This document shows, piece by piece, positions 1 to 13,816 of a stretch of DNA of 64,000 nucleotides (its first letter is position 1; each line of letters begins with the position of its first letter). Source of the DNA: Bilabrum cf. latius. Its lineage: Eukaryota. The DNA lies in contig OZ237749.1 in the NCBI GenBank assembly GCA_965178125.1, positions 496,001 to 560,000 of the forward strand, given 5' to 3'. Both the position numbers and the translations under genes were made by a program. The notes under the pieces are model-generated. The model was not told where the DNA came from and made no database searches. It saw only the letters and a program-made list of their open reading frames with translations.

Positions 1-581
1 AGACAAGTGCGTCTCACGGCTACAGCGCCTCTGCGGGTAGCAGCACCAGCCTTCGCGCCAACAAACCCACGGCTCATGCCCATGCCCGGTCCCAGCGAGG
101 CATGGTCCGCGGCCGCAGCAGCAAGCACGGGTTCCACGATCCGTTGGCCGACCCGGACCACGAAAGGAGCCCCGCCCCCCTCAAGCAGCGGCCCAGCCAG
201 CTGGACGTGCGGGGCAGGCAGGCGCCTCTGCGGGTCGCGGTCTCTTTCCAGGAGCAGTCTCAGATGGCAGAGAGGCTCGAGCGAGAGAACGAGCTGCAGC
301 GGCAGGCAATGGGAGAGGCTCTCGTTTTTTCGCAGGGAGGTGACCAAAAAGCCGCGGAGGCTGGCGTGTATGCTGGCCAAAGCAGGCCGGCCACGACCAC
401 TGCCGCTGGCGGGGCCGAATCGCCGGCTTCGAATGGTAGCAGAGGCCCCGGGCCGCAGAGCCCGAGCACGCCGCGGGTGCGGGTCACCATCAGCGAGCTG
501 ATGACGGCGGGCAAGGAAGACGGAGGTGGGGGCGGAGATTAGGACTCCGGCAAGGGGGGTGGCGCTGCTGCGAGCACCTGA
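1..581 (+). CDS. 3' part of a hypothetical protein (gene begins upstream of window)
   Basis: Frame of ORF 102..542 is open from position 3; it passes TAG 540-542 and ends at TGA 579-581. No recognisable domain. Confidence 0.35.
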
Positions 582-755
582 CTAGACGATGGTGTGGGTG
601 CAGGGGTTGGTGGGTGTGGAAGTGGTCCGGCATATTGTAAAGTACACATTCTCGTTACACTCTATTTCAAAAGAATCAGTCGAATCCTCCCGGCGTTGGT
701 ATCAGTACCAGTCGCACAGGACCGGATCAACAATGCATTGAATGTCCATTCAAAC

Positions 756-2037
756 TTACAAGCCCAGCCACGACTTCCATGAGAGCGCCTCCCTGTGGGC
801 TGCTTCGTCGTCGGCGGTCTGGTTGGGCATCTTGAGCGCCTTTCGGATCCACTTCTTGGCCTCGTCTTGGTGCCCCAGCTGGTAGTGGCACATGCCCAGA
901 TGCAGCACGTTCTGCTTCCAGAAGCCCGGCCTGAGGTCTTCCGCAGCCTTGAAGTGCTTCAGGGCCTCTTCGAACGTGCTGGTCGGGGGCTTCCGGAACA
1001 CCATCGCGGCGATGTTTCGTGTGACAGAGCTCATGTTGGAGACGTCGTAGCACCACCGCCCGAGCAGGTGCCTCGCGTTCGGGTCCTTTGGGTTGAGCTC
1101 GACCGCTTTGAGCCACTGGTCGCGCACACGGTACGATTTGGCGATGTAGTCGCTCGTGGTGGAGAACTCCCCCGTCGAGTTCATCGCAATGCCGTAAAAT
1201 CGCCTGGCAGACGCGCTGTTTTCGTTCAACATGACCGATGTGGCCGCGGTGCGCTCAGCGAGCTCCAGCAGCCGCTGGCGCTCGTCTGCCATCATCCTGT
1301 GGTCCTCCTGCGTTAGCTGAATGGCGGCGCGCGCCAGTCGCCACCCGAGCTCTGCAACAAAGAATCGCTCAGGGGCAGACATTGCATCGGGGTCCAGCGG
1401 CTCGTCGTCCGATGACTCAGCGACGGCATCGTACGCTCGCTTGCACGTCTCATACACAATCCGCCGGGTGTACTTGCTCGCTTCTCTTTCCTTCTCGTCC
1501 AGCTGCAAACAAGTAATTCAAACAACTTCAGGTAAACTTAAGTACAGCGAAAGTACAAGGCGTTGCGATGAAGCGCCACACCACACCGGCGAATCGTTTT
1601 TTCTGTTCCTGAAACGAAGGCAGTCTTCGACACAGGAAGAAGCAACGGCTGCAGATGGTGCTTTATTGCACATATGACACTCAACATTATAGCGCATCGC
1701 CTCAGACAACTCTCACTTCTTCAAGGGCATCTTCTGTTCGCTTGCCACGCAAGAAAGATTGGATCTTCTAGCCTATCGTCGGTCGGTCGGGCGTCGTGGA
1801 GGGCGGTCTCATGTCAGCAGACCAAGATGTTGAGCTTGATTTGGATGCTTCGTCCGTACAACGGATGTTAGCTGTTGTGCCAGCAGCCGCAATAGAAATC
1901 GCACCTGCGGCTGCCAATCCGACTGCGCTTACCTTTGCTGCACGGCCCAGCGCAGCCCTTCCGGCTGACGCTCTCCTGGTAAGCAACATTGAAGTTGATC
2001 TTAGCTGAGCAGAGATTCTGTTCGCAGACCGCATCAT
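756..2037 (-). CDS. Regulator of microtubule dynamics (RMDN/FAM82)-like TPR protein, 2 exons (2037-1717, 1502-756)
   Basis: Motifs WRLARA, KAVELNPKDPNARHLLGRWCY, PPTSTFEEALKHFKAAE. GT..AG intron 1716-1503 keeps the frame. In-frame TAG at 1768-1770; TAA stop. Confidence 0.8.
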
Positions 2038-2362
2038 ACTAGATAATTTGGTCCTGAAATGATGAGCCGCGCTTCGCCCACTGTTCGCGAATAGTTCCGG
2101 TTTTTACCAGACGAACAGTCACCTGGTGATCGGGTCGCTCGTCATCACAACCACGCAAATAGAGCACCCAGCTGGTTCACGGCACGCCAGCCCCCCTCAA
2201 AGCGAACCACCGCGCATCAAGTACGCCGCGGCGCGCATCCACCGACCGACCGCCGCCCTTGGAAACCGGCCTGGCCAACGTGACCGACCACTGGCACGAG
2301 GTGAGCCCGACCACCGATCCGACCGAACGGCAGCGGCGCTCGCTGCTGAGCCGGCAGGCTTG

Positions 2363-2819
2363 CAGGCAATGGTCGTTGGCCGCACCTGCTCAGGCAGTGG
2401 TCGTTGGCCGCACCTGCTCAGGCAGTGGTCGTTGGCCGCACCTGCTCAGGCAGTGGTCGTTGGCCACACCTGCTCAGGCAGTGGTCGTTGGCCGCACCTG
2501 CTCAGGCAGTGGTCGTTGGCCGCACCTGCTCAGGCAGTGGTCGTTGGCCGCACCTGCTCAGGCAGTGGTCGTTGGCCGCACCTGCTCAGGCAGTGGTCGT
2601 TGGCCGCACCTACTCAGGCAGTGGTCGTTGGCCGCACCTACTCAGGCAATGGTCGTTGGCCGCACCTGCTCAGGCAGTGGTCGTTGGCCGCACCTACTCA
2701 GGCAGTGGTCGTTGGCCGCACCTGCTCAGGCAGTGGTCGTTGGCCGCACCTGCTCAGGCAGTGGTCGTTGGCCGCACCTGCTCAGGCAGTGGTCGTTGGC
2801 CGCACCTGCTCAGGCAATG
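2363..2819. repeat. 28-bp minisatellite, about 16 copies (GGTCGTTGGCCGCACCTGCTCAGGCAGT)
   Basis: Head-to-tail units with period 28 (2371, 2399, ...), few substitutions, no spacers. Confidence 0.95.
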
Positions 2820-4651
2820 CTGTACTGTACAGCGCCTGGCGGTCCAGCCGGCGACAGCCCGCCCCTGTTGCCCTGGTCGATCTCCACGAACACAGTCCCG
2901 TTGAAAGCCCTGTCAGCAACCACTCTGACAAGATTTCTGGCGGTCTATCCCGCCCCCTTCATGTCAGCAAAGGCTAGCACGGGCAGGCTGTGGACGGTGC
3001 TGGGGAGGTCAGGTGTCCTCAGAGACACCTGGCCAAAGGCCTGCCCGCAGGACTGCTGGTCCAGGACCAGCTGTTCCCCGAAATTAAAGTCGGCCCGGGT
3101 GCCGTTGCTCACGTAGTGCCTCGCTCTCACCCGCGTGCTAGTCGCGTTCATGTTTACGAAGGCATTCCCAGAGACCTCGAAGTCCTTCACGCCACACTGG
3201 TCCACCAGCCCCGCAAGAGCGATCATCACAGGTGCCCTTCCGATGTACGAGCATTCGATGCCGTGGAAGAGCCCGTTCGTCACACTGACCCCTTGCAGGT
3301 CGCTGGACCACCCTTGTTCCCTGGCGCTCGCGATGGTGTCGTTGTCACCCAGCACCAGGAAGGCCGGGGGCCCGTCCTCGCCGCCCGGTACGAAGCCTCC
3401 CGAGGGGCATCCCAGGGCGAACGGGTTCTCGATCACGTTGTTATAGGGAAGCTTCATGTGGATGGTGCACGTGTCAATGTACGGAGCCACCACGCGTGTT
3501 GAGTGGCCCTCTTTCCCAAAGGTAGCAAAGCCGTGGCCGACATCGTTCAGGACGCCAAACACATGCACGTCGATGAGAGCGTAGGAGGAACCGTTGACGA
3601 AGAGCCCTCCCGCGCTGCAAGCCACGATGAAGTTATCCACGACACCGTCTGGCACTTCCAGCCCCAGGGCCATCCCGGTCTCGTTCTTTCTCGTGTTGCA
3701 CTCCGGGCTCGGCCAATCGAAGCCAGAGGCGTAACTGTTCGCCACGTACAGCGCCCCGCCTGCCACGGCCGTGTGGACGCCGTATGATCCGGCGGCGTAC
3801 CCTAGAAAGTAGCACGACTCGAAGGAGATGCGCAGCGTGTTCTCGAGGAGCACGCCGCCGCCGCGCAGACCAGCGTCGAACAGGATGTTCTGGAACCGAA
3901 TGAAGTCGTAGCCTGTTGCGGATCCACCCAGCCGCACCTGTGCTCGCCCCAATGGATCCCATATTCGCTCTGCATTGCTGCCGAGAACCGAAATAGTGTT
4001 TTGAGCCGAGGCTGCTGCGACTGCGGCTGCCACTGCGTCTGCGGAGGGGTCAACAGGCACTTGCTCAGATTGGGCCTCTCGGGTATCAGCAGTACCAGCC
4101 TCGTACGGGACCCTGTTCATTTCAAACAAATATCTTCCCTTCGGAAACGATTTTGTGGCGTGAATGGAGCCCCCCTCGATGAGTAAGTTGCCTCCCGGCC
4201 TGTCTGGGAAAGGTACCGGAGATTCGAGCACGTACTAGCCGCCTTGAAGATCCACCACGACACCCAAATCAGGCCCAAACGTAAAGTTAAATCCAGAGGC
4301 TTCCCCTATCTCCCATGCCTTGGCAAGAACTGCAGCGAATGCACCTGAGCTGTCTTTCTTTCCAGTTGGGTCCGCCCCGAATTCTACCGGGTACAGAACT
4401 CGCTAGTCGGAGCCCAAGCCGGCCATTGCAGATTTGGCTCGTAAGCTTGAGGTTGCACGGAGCTGCGACTGTCGGAACACTCGCGGAATAGCCATCCGGC
4501 GACCCAGTGATGTTGACAGCAGCGAAGACCGATGCTGCTCGAGGAGGGCTGCGCCTGGCTGGCCTTTTCCAGGGCTGCTGTGAGATTTGAGAATATATCT
4601 GGAGCAATGAGCGCCTGTGACCGCCAGCAGGGCTGCAAGAACAGAGAGCAT
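2810..4651 (-). CDS. Secreted pectate-lyase-3/QRT3-like beta-helix protein (about 613 aa with TAG=Gln)
   Basis: Signal-peptide-like N-terminus, then YPVEFGADPTGKKDS and DLQGG*YVLESP..GGNLLIEGG. ORFs 4403..4651 and 2945..4231 are in one frame linked by TAGs; ends at TGA 2810-2812. Confidence 0.7.
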
Positions 4652-4951
4652 ACTTCTCGTGAATGAGAAGCTCGAAGTAGTTCAACAAGTTGCACTTCAA
4701 CATTATTAATGCATTCCCGCAGATTATCTGTGCGACGCTAGGAATTGAATGTACCGTATGACCGAAGGGTTTCATATTCTTACAATTTTCATTTCAAACA
4801 AGCAAACGCTGCTCGCCAACGTCCGTGCTGTGCTGGACTGCAGCTGTCGAGAGGCTGGGCGCATGGAAGCTGCATGGTACTGCCAGTAAATAGGGGAATG
4901 GCATTGCTACCGTCCCCACGACATGCTTCATACCATCTCTGGACTCCTTGC

Positions 4952-5404
4952 TTAGGCAAAACACTTCTCTATTGACGCCAGGATGGGTGTGTCAAGGTCC
5001 CACGAGAGAGACACAGCGATCCGCACCAAAAAATAGAAGGATGCAAGAAATGCGAGCATCCTCGATAACACGTGATTGAAAGTTATGTGGATTACGGAAT
5101 GAGCAAGCCTTGCCGCCACAAAGCCCCAGGCGTACCTCGTTATTTCCACAGAGCTGCCAAACCCGAGCTGGCCAGCTGCAATGCACGCACAGTAAAAAAC
5201 TACAGGGAGCTGAAAGCAGTTGTTGAAGTTGTTCCCAAGTTGCTAGCACCAATCAGGCACCACCCCTTGATGCAACTTCCACACGCTGCGGTCAACCTTC
5301 TTCGACATGGTTACGTACACCCGTGCAGCCACTGTGCCTGCTCCAACCAGCGCGTGTATCAGCATCATCACAAAGACTGGACCGTATACGATAGGAACTG
5401 CCAT
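4952..5404 (-). CDS. MAPEG-family membrane protein (150 aa)
   Basis: NNFNNCFQLPVVFY and AWGFVAARLAHSVIHITFNHVLSR motifs. One in-frame TAG; TAA stop. Confidence 0.75.
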
Positions 5405-5867
5405 TATATTCCTTAGCCTCTTGATGAGATTGTGTGGGAGATGCAGGGGTCCACACGGAACCGATCTCGGGTAAAAGATTTCCCGCCGGATGCCGGTGCC
5501 ACCTGTGGCTACCGTGACTGTTCGTAACGAGCATCTGCCGCAGTCGCTTGTAGCGGTGAAGACCTACAATACAAACTTTGCTTAGTTAGCTGCGTATGTC
5601 CCGCAGGAGGTCATCCGGACACCTCGAGAGAGTCGAGTCACCAATAGTCTTGTGTTCGACATGAGGCCACGGAGCCAAGGCCACTGGCGCCCTGGCGGAG
5701 TGGTTGGTCTGCGAGCTGGCTAGGCATTGGTGCAGCGGGTCACTTGACGCATCATGTAGCTGGGGCAACTCCAACTCCCAACTGGGAGTACTTGACCGTC
5801 GGAGGACCCGGTCCAGATCATCTGCCAGTGGGTGCATTGCTTTCAGTTCCGGTTTTGGTTCGACCAA

Positions 5868-8800
5868 ATGCAGTGCCATCATATTTCAATCAGGACAATG
5901 GGAGATGCGAACGGCACAACTGAAAGCTACGAGCGCGCTCTTGGCCTTGAAAAGATGCGAACTGTTATGCAGGGAAAGGTGCCTGTCCTGGATCTTCGAC
6001 TGGATAATGTGACAGTCCTCGGGAAGAGGACCGCTAAAGCGGAAGCAACCAATGCCTTCTCCGTGCTCTGTCAATGCGGCGCAGCCTGCCGGGAGACGCA
6101 AGCAATTCCCTTACTTGATAAAGTGTCTGCCACTTTCCCCCACGGAAAGCTGACGTTGGTGAGACTGTGTTTCAGGAATGCCACAGTTGTATTTTCCCCG
6201 CAATCGCGCACCCGAGTTTTCGCATCGTTTGCTTGAATGGTAAGCCAAGCTACATCTGTTCTAACTCAATACCATAGGTAATTGCACCGCCAGGCTCCGG
6301 AAAAACCACTCTTCTCCGCGTTCTCTCCGGAACCATGCCCTTCGCACCCGCTGGAGATTCGGTCGACCATGGCAGCCCGCCAAGCGCGCCTACTGCCTAC
6401 GGCGAATACAAGCTAGGCGGTAAGTCCGTGCGAGAGCTAGGATCGACGAGGACGAGCCGCATAGTATCGCGCGTAGTCCAGGACGACGTGCACTATGGCC
6501 TTATCACGGTGCGGGAGACGGCCCAGCTGGCCGTCCGGCTGAGCAATCCCTCTGTCGAGCCAGGGACTGGGAGGGGGGGTCAGAGTGCCGCGCGTGAGGC
6601 GGGCATTCCTGAGGACATAGAGGAAATGTTCGGCAAGAAGGCTGAAGCGCTGATGGAGCTGCTGGGTATCGACAACGTGGCCGACACTGTGATCGGAAAC
6701 GAGACCGTGCGAGGGGTCTCTGGCGGAGAGGTGAGCAATGCAATGCAGTGCAGATCGGTTCTTTTGGTGCGAGCTTGCATACATTGTTCCTGCCTTGCTA
6801 TGCCCGCGCTTGGCTCTCCCGGGGCAGTCTCCTGACCCTTTCCTACAGAATAGCATCATCAATGCCGCTGACGACCCCCGTCCGTACCGCAGGCCAAGCG
6901 CGTGACCATTCTCGAAGCCCTCGCTACGCCCATGAGGGCCCTGGTCATGGACGATGCCTCTAATGGGCTGGACGGTGCCCGCACCAAAGACATCATCCAG
7001 CGCGTGAGGGGGTTTGCGCAGGCCTCCAACATCCCCGTGGTGATGTCCCTGCAGCAGCCGTCCAGGGAGGTGTTCGACCTCTTCGACCGAGTGGTGCTCA
7101 TGAGGCATGGTCGGGTGATGTACGAGGGACCTCGTGACGAAGCAGGCGCGTTCCTGGCGTCTATTGGCCTGGCCCCTCCGAAGCACCAGTCGGTCCCCGA
7201 CTGGCTGCTGGAGGTTGCCTCCAACCCCGCGCTCTTCCACCCCGAGGTGGAGGTGCTGCGGAAGGCGCACGAGAACGGTCTGGCCCAATTCGAGTTCAAG
7301 AAGCTGAACCAGCCCAAAGAGGATAGTGGGAATGCGGTGGCTAAGAGCTCCATGGGCGCCTCATCGGCATCTGCGCCCCGAGAGCAGCAGCCCCCTAGTG
7401 CTGCGAGCGGCAGTGCAGCGGCAAACTCCCACGTCGCTGTTTCGCCAAGCACCGTCCAGCTCGGCGAAAACGAGCACAAATTTACCAGGCAGTTGTCCAG
7501 TGGAGACGGCCAGCAACGGCCCTTTGATGCTCTTGAGGCGATGCACGAGCTCCCTATGTACACGACGGACGGCATCGCAACCGCGTTCGAGGAGCAGTGG
7601 CGGCAAGCGAGGCCGAAGGCTGGCTCTTCTACACCTCGAGGCAATGTGGAAGGGGCAACCAACCTACCCGGGGGCTACGTACCGGCCTCTGCAGTGCCTA
7701 CATCGCTGCCTGCTGCGGAAGCCTGGCCGGAAAGCCAGCTGTCAGAGTCGCTGTTCGGTGACGGGTATGCAACGCCACTGTGCACGCAGTTCGGCCTGCT
7801 CTTGTGGAGAGAGTTCACGCTGATGGGAAGGGATCTGGCCTTCCTTCGCAGTCACTTTGTCAAGTGCATCGTCATGGGGTTTCTGGTGGGCGGGCTCTTC
7901 TTTGATCTTGGTGACGAGGATTTCCAGTCGTGAGTCGGGATGAACTGCCCCGTCGCGCCGTCCACGTCGCGCAGGGTCTTCGCTGCTCTCCAGTCAGCGA
8001 TTCCAGTTGAGCCACAATATCCATCCTCGCAGGTTTGTGGCACTCAGTTTTTTTGGTGAGCTCTTGATCCCGTTTTCGCGCAGTGACTGTCTTGTGTGTC
8101 CTGTCTGACCTGCTGTCGCTTGAGAGTTTTCGTCTCTTCCCGACACGCAAGCGATATCCATTGAGGTATGATGAATTCCTGATCCACATGACGCAGCGGG
8201 TTTGTTCCTTGGTATGGGTAACTTCGCGGAGCTACCAGTAACGCTCAACAACCGAGCAGTGGCTGACAAGCAGGTGGTGGCCGGGATGTACAACCCAACT
8301 CTGTACGCGCTCGTCTCCAACCTCGCACACCTTCCAGTGGCGCTGCTCGAGGCCATCCTGCTGTGCACGACTATTTACTGGATGTCGGGATTTGCAAGCG
8401 ACGCGGAGCGCTTCGTTATCTTCGTGTTCGTTGCATTCTTGATCAACGTAGTCCTGGCAGCGTACTTCCGCTCGGTTGCTTGGCTGGCAGGCGACGGCGG
8501 ATTTGCGATGGCGCAGGGCATGGCAATCGTGCCGCTGGCACTGTTGATGGTCACCAATGGATTCATCGTCACGCTCGACAACCTGGGCCCGGCCCTTCAA
8601 TGGTTCTACTACATCAACCCGCTCTCATACATGATCCGCTCCCTTGTCGTGTCCGAGTACTCGGCTCCGAGGTGGGACACGCAGATCCCCGTCTTTGAGC
8701 AGGTCTAGTCAGGAAACGCAACGCAGCGCGTGCAGGTTGGAGCCCAGAGGGTCGGCGATGTGTACCTAGACACGTACGACATGCCGACGGATGATTACGA

Positions 8801-11060
8801 CTACTGGGTCTACACGGGGATCGCTGTGCTCGCGGCCGAGTGGCTTGCCTTCGTGATTGGCGGTGTGCTGGCATTCTCGTTGACACGGACGCACGGATCC
8901 AAGGGAACTCAGCGTGAAGAGCAGGAAGAGTCAGAGCTGGAATTGGCGACAGCTGCCTCAAAGGCGGTGAAGTAGAGCGTGTCCCGTGCCAGGGCTGCAG
9001 GCAAGCCTGACACTGCGGCCGATGCAGAGGTTCGTGCTATGTCAAGGGGAAGCAAGGCAGTGGCTGCAGCAGGTGAGGCATCCGGCGGGTCTGCGATGAT
9101 GTGGGAGAATGTCAGGTACACTGTCAAGCTGCCCAACGGCTCTGACAAGACTCTCCTGCACGGCATCTCGGGATGGGCCAAGCCGGGCCAGATCACTGCG
9201 CTGCTGGGCGAGTCGGGCGCGGGCAAGAGCACGCTGCTGGACTGCCTGGCGGGCCGCAAGAACCAGGGCAAGCTCGAGGGCTCGATCCTGCTGGACGGCA
9301 AGCCCGCCACTCGGGATGCCATCAACCTCGTGGCATCGTACGTGGAGCAGTTCGACCACCACGTGCCGCAGCAGACCGTGCGCGAGGCCCTCGAGTTTTC
9401 TGCCGATCTGCGTCTGCCGGCAAGCAAGTCGCCAGAGGAGAGGGCGGCTGTTGTAGACCGCGTGCTGGAACTTCTCGAGCTCGACGGCATTCAAGACCAG
9501 CGCGTGGGAACGCCTGGCTCTAGCGGCATCAGCGCGGGCGAGAGGAAGAGGCTGTCGATCGCGGTGGAGCTCGTGTCCCAGCCGAGGATCATCTTCCTGG
9601 ACGAGCCCACGACCGGGCTGTCCAGCCTTTAGGCCCTGGGGCTCATGAGGGCCTTGAGGAGGATCGCCGATGCGGGGCACTCGATCGTGGCCACGGTGCA
9701 CCAGCCCAGCGCCTCCATCTTCTTTTAGATGGACAGGCTGCTGCTGCTCCGGAGGGGCGGCGCCACTGTGTACTTTGGTCCCCTGGGTGACAAGGGCTCT
9801 GCCCTGACCTAGTACCTCGAGGGCTGCAAGGGAGTGCGGCCGCTACCCGAGGGAACAAACCCGGCCGACTGGATGCTCGAAGTCGTGGGCGAGGTTGGCA
9901 AGATGCGACTCAGGGAGGCAGAGAGAGGGCAGTCGCCACAAGGTGGCAACAACGGAGCGTCGGCCGCTAGAGCATCACCAACCGACGTGGAGGCAGCTGA
10001 TGGCTCCACGGTCGGATCGGTGCCAGATCTTGCCGATCAGTTCAACGAGTCTTCGGCGGCTGCGACAATGAAGGCGGGATTGGCCACCTTCCGATCCGGC
10101 AGTGGGGCCGCTGGCTTGGCCAACGCTGCTGCAGCGCCGGTTCGCCGCGGGTGGTGCTCTGAGTTTAGCGTGGTGCTCTGGCGAACCGCCGTGGTGTCAT
10201 TCAGGGACATCGACTACAACACGACCAGAATGATCGGCCTGCCGGTGCTGGCCGCCCTGTTCGGCCTGACCTTCTTTCAGATCGAAGACACGGACCAGTC
10301 CGGGGTGTTTTCCGTTATCGGTGCTGCATTCCTCGGCGGGCTCTTTGCTGCTGTGATCGGTATGAACCTCGCCATCGTGCCCACGATCACCACGCGGCCT
10401 TCCCTGTACCGCGAGATTGACGCGGGTTTCTTCCTGCCCGAGAGCCACTCGCTGGCTACCACGCTCGTGGAAGTACCATGGGTGACTGCCCTCATGCTGG
10501 TCTACACTGCGATCTTCTTCTTCATGCTGGGGCTAGACGAGAGCAAGTTCTGGTTCTTCTACGCGGCTGTGCTGCTGCTTGGTCACGTCTTTACGTTTCT
10601 GGGGCACACGCTGGCGGCAGTGTCCAACTCGCAGCAGATTGCGACCGCGATCTCGAGCGTGTTAATGGGAATATTCGCGTTGTTCGGCGGTTTCCTCGTC
10701 CCCGGGCCAAACATGGCCGACGGATGGGTGTGGATCCACTACATTAACCCGCTGCGGTACGGGATCGGGGCGCTGGTATCTCCGCCGTTCGAGTGCGGGG
10801 GCGTTCCGGATGGGGGGAGTGCCCGTGCTCAGGCCATCGCGGCTTTGCCTGCCGGCGAGTCGGGGCCGTGTGCAACGATTTCCGTCGTGAACGAGGGGCA
10901 GCTGCAGCCAGGGGTGCTCAAGGCGGACTTTGTGGAGTCCTTCTTTGGGTTTTCTTTCGAGCACATCGATTTCTACTTGGGCATGCTGGCCATGTACTGC
11001 GTGATTCTGGTGGGGATCAAGATGCTGGCCAACCGGTTCGTGAGGCATCAGAGCAGGTGA
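5868..11060 (+). CDS. Full-size ABCG/PDR-type ABC transporter, multi-exon
   Basis: NBD1 APPGSGKT and VSGGE..RVTI; NBD2 GESGAGKSTLLD, SAGERKRLSIAVEL, FLDEPTTGL; two TM domains. Introns at about 6159-6277, 6731-6891, 7930-8032, 8056-8196. In-frame TAGs at 8706, 8973, 9630, 9810; TGA stop. Start approximate. Confidence 0.9.
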
Positions 11061-11365
11061 AGGCAGGCCTTGCACTGTATCCCCCGGACACTCACCCCGG
11101 ACAGCTTTGCTGGAGCGCCTGCGTCCGGGGGATGGCCACCGTGAAGGGGGTGGCATCGGCAGGAGCAGGGGGCTGCGGATGATTGGGATGTAGAAAACTT
11201 GTGAACATGCATGAATCGCCTTGTCATCTCAAAAGAGCAACACAACAGAGGTTCCGCACTGCCAGTGCAGTGGACTCGCGCGGCGACCCACTGGCAGTGC
11301 CGGCGGCCCAGTTGCCGCTGGTCAGCCTCCGTGCGCGCCACCTGTCTCCGTGCACTCCAGCTGTA

Positions 11366-13596
11366 ATGAGTGCGATCGCAGCTGTAATTTCAGCTGTATG
11401 CTTTTGTACCTTCGCCGCTCGATACGTCTCGGCCAAGGCCCCACACGTCGTTGTGTTTTTGGTGAGTATTTGGATTTGTGTGTTCTACTACTGCATAATC
11501 AGAGGTAACCATTTGGGCAAGAGCACAACCTCGTGTGTACAAAATCAAACTAGTGCAGGTAGACGACCTCGGTTGGAACGACGTGGCTGGTTTCGCAGGT
11601 AATGACAGTCACATACACATGCCGAACATGCAGCAGTACGTTCGAGAGGGAGTGGAGCTGCGAAACTTCCACACCTTTCGGTTTTGCTCACCGACTCGTT
11701 CATCTCTCATGACGGCGCGCTACCCGTACCACATGGGCCAGCAAACGAACATGAACCTGAATCCTGCAGCTAAAATTCCATGCGGGATCCCGTTGAACTA
11801 TTCCTTCCTACCAGAATTGCTGCAACAAAAGGCGCCTTAGGGGAACAAACCTAGGTCCTTGTTTCTTGGGAAGGTGAGTTTGCTGTGCTGGATCGGCCTG
11901 ATTTGTACAGTAGAGAGCTCCCGTGCAGCAGCTTGTGTTGAAGCTCTACCCTTTGTCCGTATTTGCACCAATGATTTTCGCAGTGGCACCTCGGTTTTTT
12001 TAAGTCGGACTACATCCCCACTCGACGGGGATTCGACCGGGCCCTTGGCTTCACGCAAGGCGGCGAGACGCATTCTACACACGTCGCCCCCTACGGCCAT
12101 GTACCTCTCTGGTGGCAGCCGGAGAACAACGACACACACCCTGAGAACGACGTGCTCATCGACCTGTTCAACAACTCGCGCGGCGAGCCTTTCAATCCCC
12201 TCGGGCAAGGCCTCAACAACACCTACTCTGCGGACCTCTACGCATCCGAGTTCGAGAACGTCGTGTCGCAGCATGACCCGTCCGTGCCCCTCTTCGTGTA
12301 CTACTCAAACCACGACGTCCACGTCCCCTTCGAGGCACCTCAGCGGCTCTATGACCTGTACGAAGGCGTCATCCAGGACGAGGTCAGGAGGGTGTACGCT
12401 GCAATGATGACGGCGACGGATGAGGCGTTCGGGCGCATGACACGGGCGCTGGCAGCGAGAGGCATGCTGGATGACACTGTGATCATGATGATGAGCGATA
12501 ACGGTGGCAATACCAAGGGCTGCAGTGCGGATAAGAGGGGTGGGAACAACTGGCCGCTGCGGTGAGAGCATCAAGAGGCGCGATTCCGTGCTGCTGGGGA
12601 CCTGCGGACGTGCGGACGTGCGTGCGGCCCTGGTGCTGCTGCACTAGTCTGGCATGCAAGCACAGACGCACGGTGCTTCCCCCTTGCCTGTTTGGCTGCG
12701 TTTTGAGTCCCTTCCATGAATCCGTGTTGCTTGCTGTTCCTACCTTTCTTTGTCGCAGAGGCGCGAAGTTCACCCACTGGCGAGGAGGCACAACGGTCCC
12801 GGCCTTCGCTTGGGCGGGGAGCCGGACAGGGCTGCTGCCTGAGTCGCGGCGCGGGTCCATCTACGAGCACCAGCTGCACGCAGTAGATGTGTACCCCACG
12901 ATCGCGAAGATGTACGGGGTGAGCGACCAGGACCTGAAGGAGTCCGGGCCTTTGCCTCCTGATGGGGTCGATTTCTGGCCCGCGGTGTCAGGAGAGAGCG
13001 GTACCCCGGCGCGAAACGAGACGGTTATCAACGTGTGGACCCTTGGGGATGGAACACTAACGGGGGCCCTGGTGCAGGGCGACTACAGGCTGTACATGGG
13101 CTTCCCGGGGACTCCGGACGACTGGGGACTGCCTTCCGACTAGAACGCATCCGAGCCAGTGCCCCCAACCCCGAAAGGCGTGTACGTCTCGCACGGGATC
13201 CGGCGCATCCCATGCGGGCCTGACACCGAGACAGCTGACGGCTCCGGAGATGCACCCTTCAGCAGCGGCGGTGGGGAGCCCTCCCGCCCGTGTGACGAGT
13301 CCCCCTGTTTATTCAATGTGAAGGAGGACCCGGGGGAGCACACCCGCCCGTGTGACGAGTCCCCCTGTTTATTCAATGTGAAGGAGGACCCGGGGGAGCA
13401 CACCGACATCGCCTCTCAGCACCCGGACATTGTGCAGGCCATGGTGACCCGCATGAAGGAGCTGCAGAAGAGCGAGGTCTCCGTGGAGGCCAGCGGCCTC
13501 TGCCCATCGCCGCCCCCGGGGCACAAGAAGTGGCCGGACAGCTACGATTCAACGTACAAGACCGGGTTCTGGCAGCCTTGGTGTGATGGCCTCTGA
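11366..13596 (+). CDS. Arylsulfatase (ARSB-like), multi-exon
   Basis: PHVVVFL|VDDLGWND, formylglycine motif CSPTR, GK|WHLG, SDNGG, NWPLR|GAK. In-frame TAGs at 11838 and 13141; TGA stop. Confidence 0.9.
13283..13404. repeat. Exact 60-bp tandem duplication inside the sulfatase CDS
   Basis: RPCDESPCLFNVKEDPGEH is encoded twice at 60-nt spacing. Confidence 0.95.
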
Positions 13597-13816
13597 TGCA
13601 CGGCACAACCATTGAACTACCATGCTGCCGCACGCATCCGTACGAGCATACGCGGGGCAACAGCAGCCTGTCCACATCCTGGTGCATGTGCATCAAAGTG
13701 TGAAGATGAAGATAATTGTGCCTCCCGCAAGACTTTGTTGCGCGACGCGGTCCAGACCTGCGCTGCTTCGAATCAAGTAATGGTCGTGGTGTTAAACTGA
13801 GTGGAGGCTTGTGCCA

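Noticed and set aside
2363-2819. CRISPR array
   Set aside because: Units are contiguous with no unique spacers, there are no cas genes, and the context is eukaryotic. ORFs over it are repeat artefacts.
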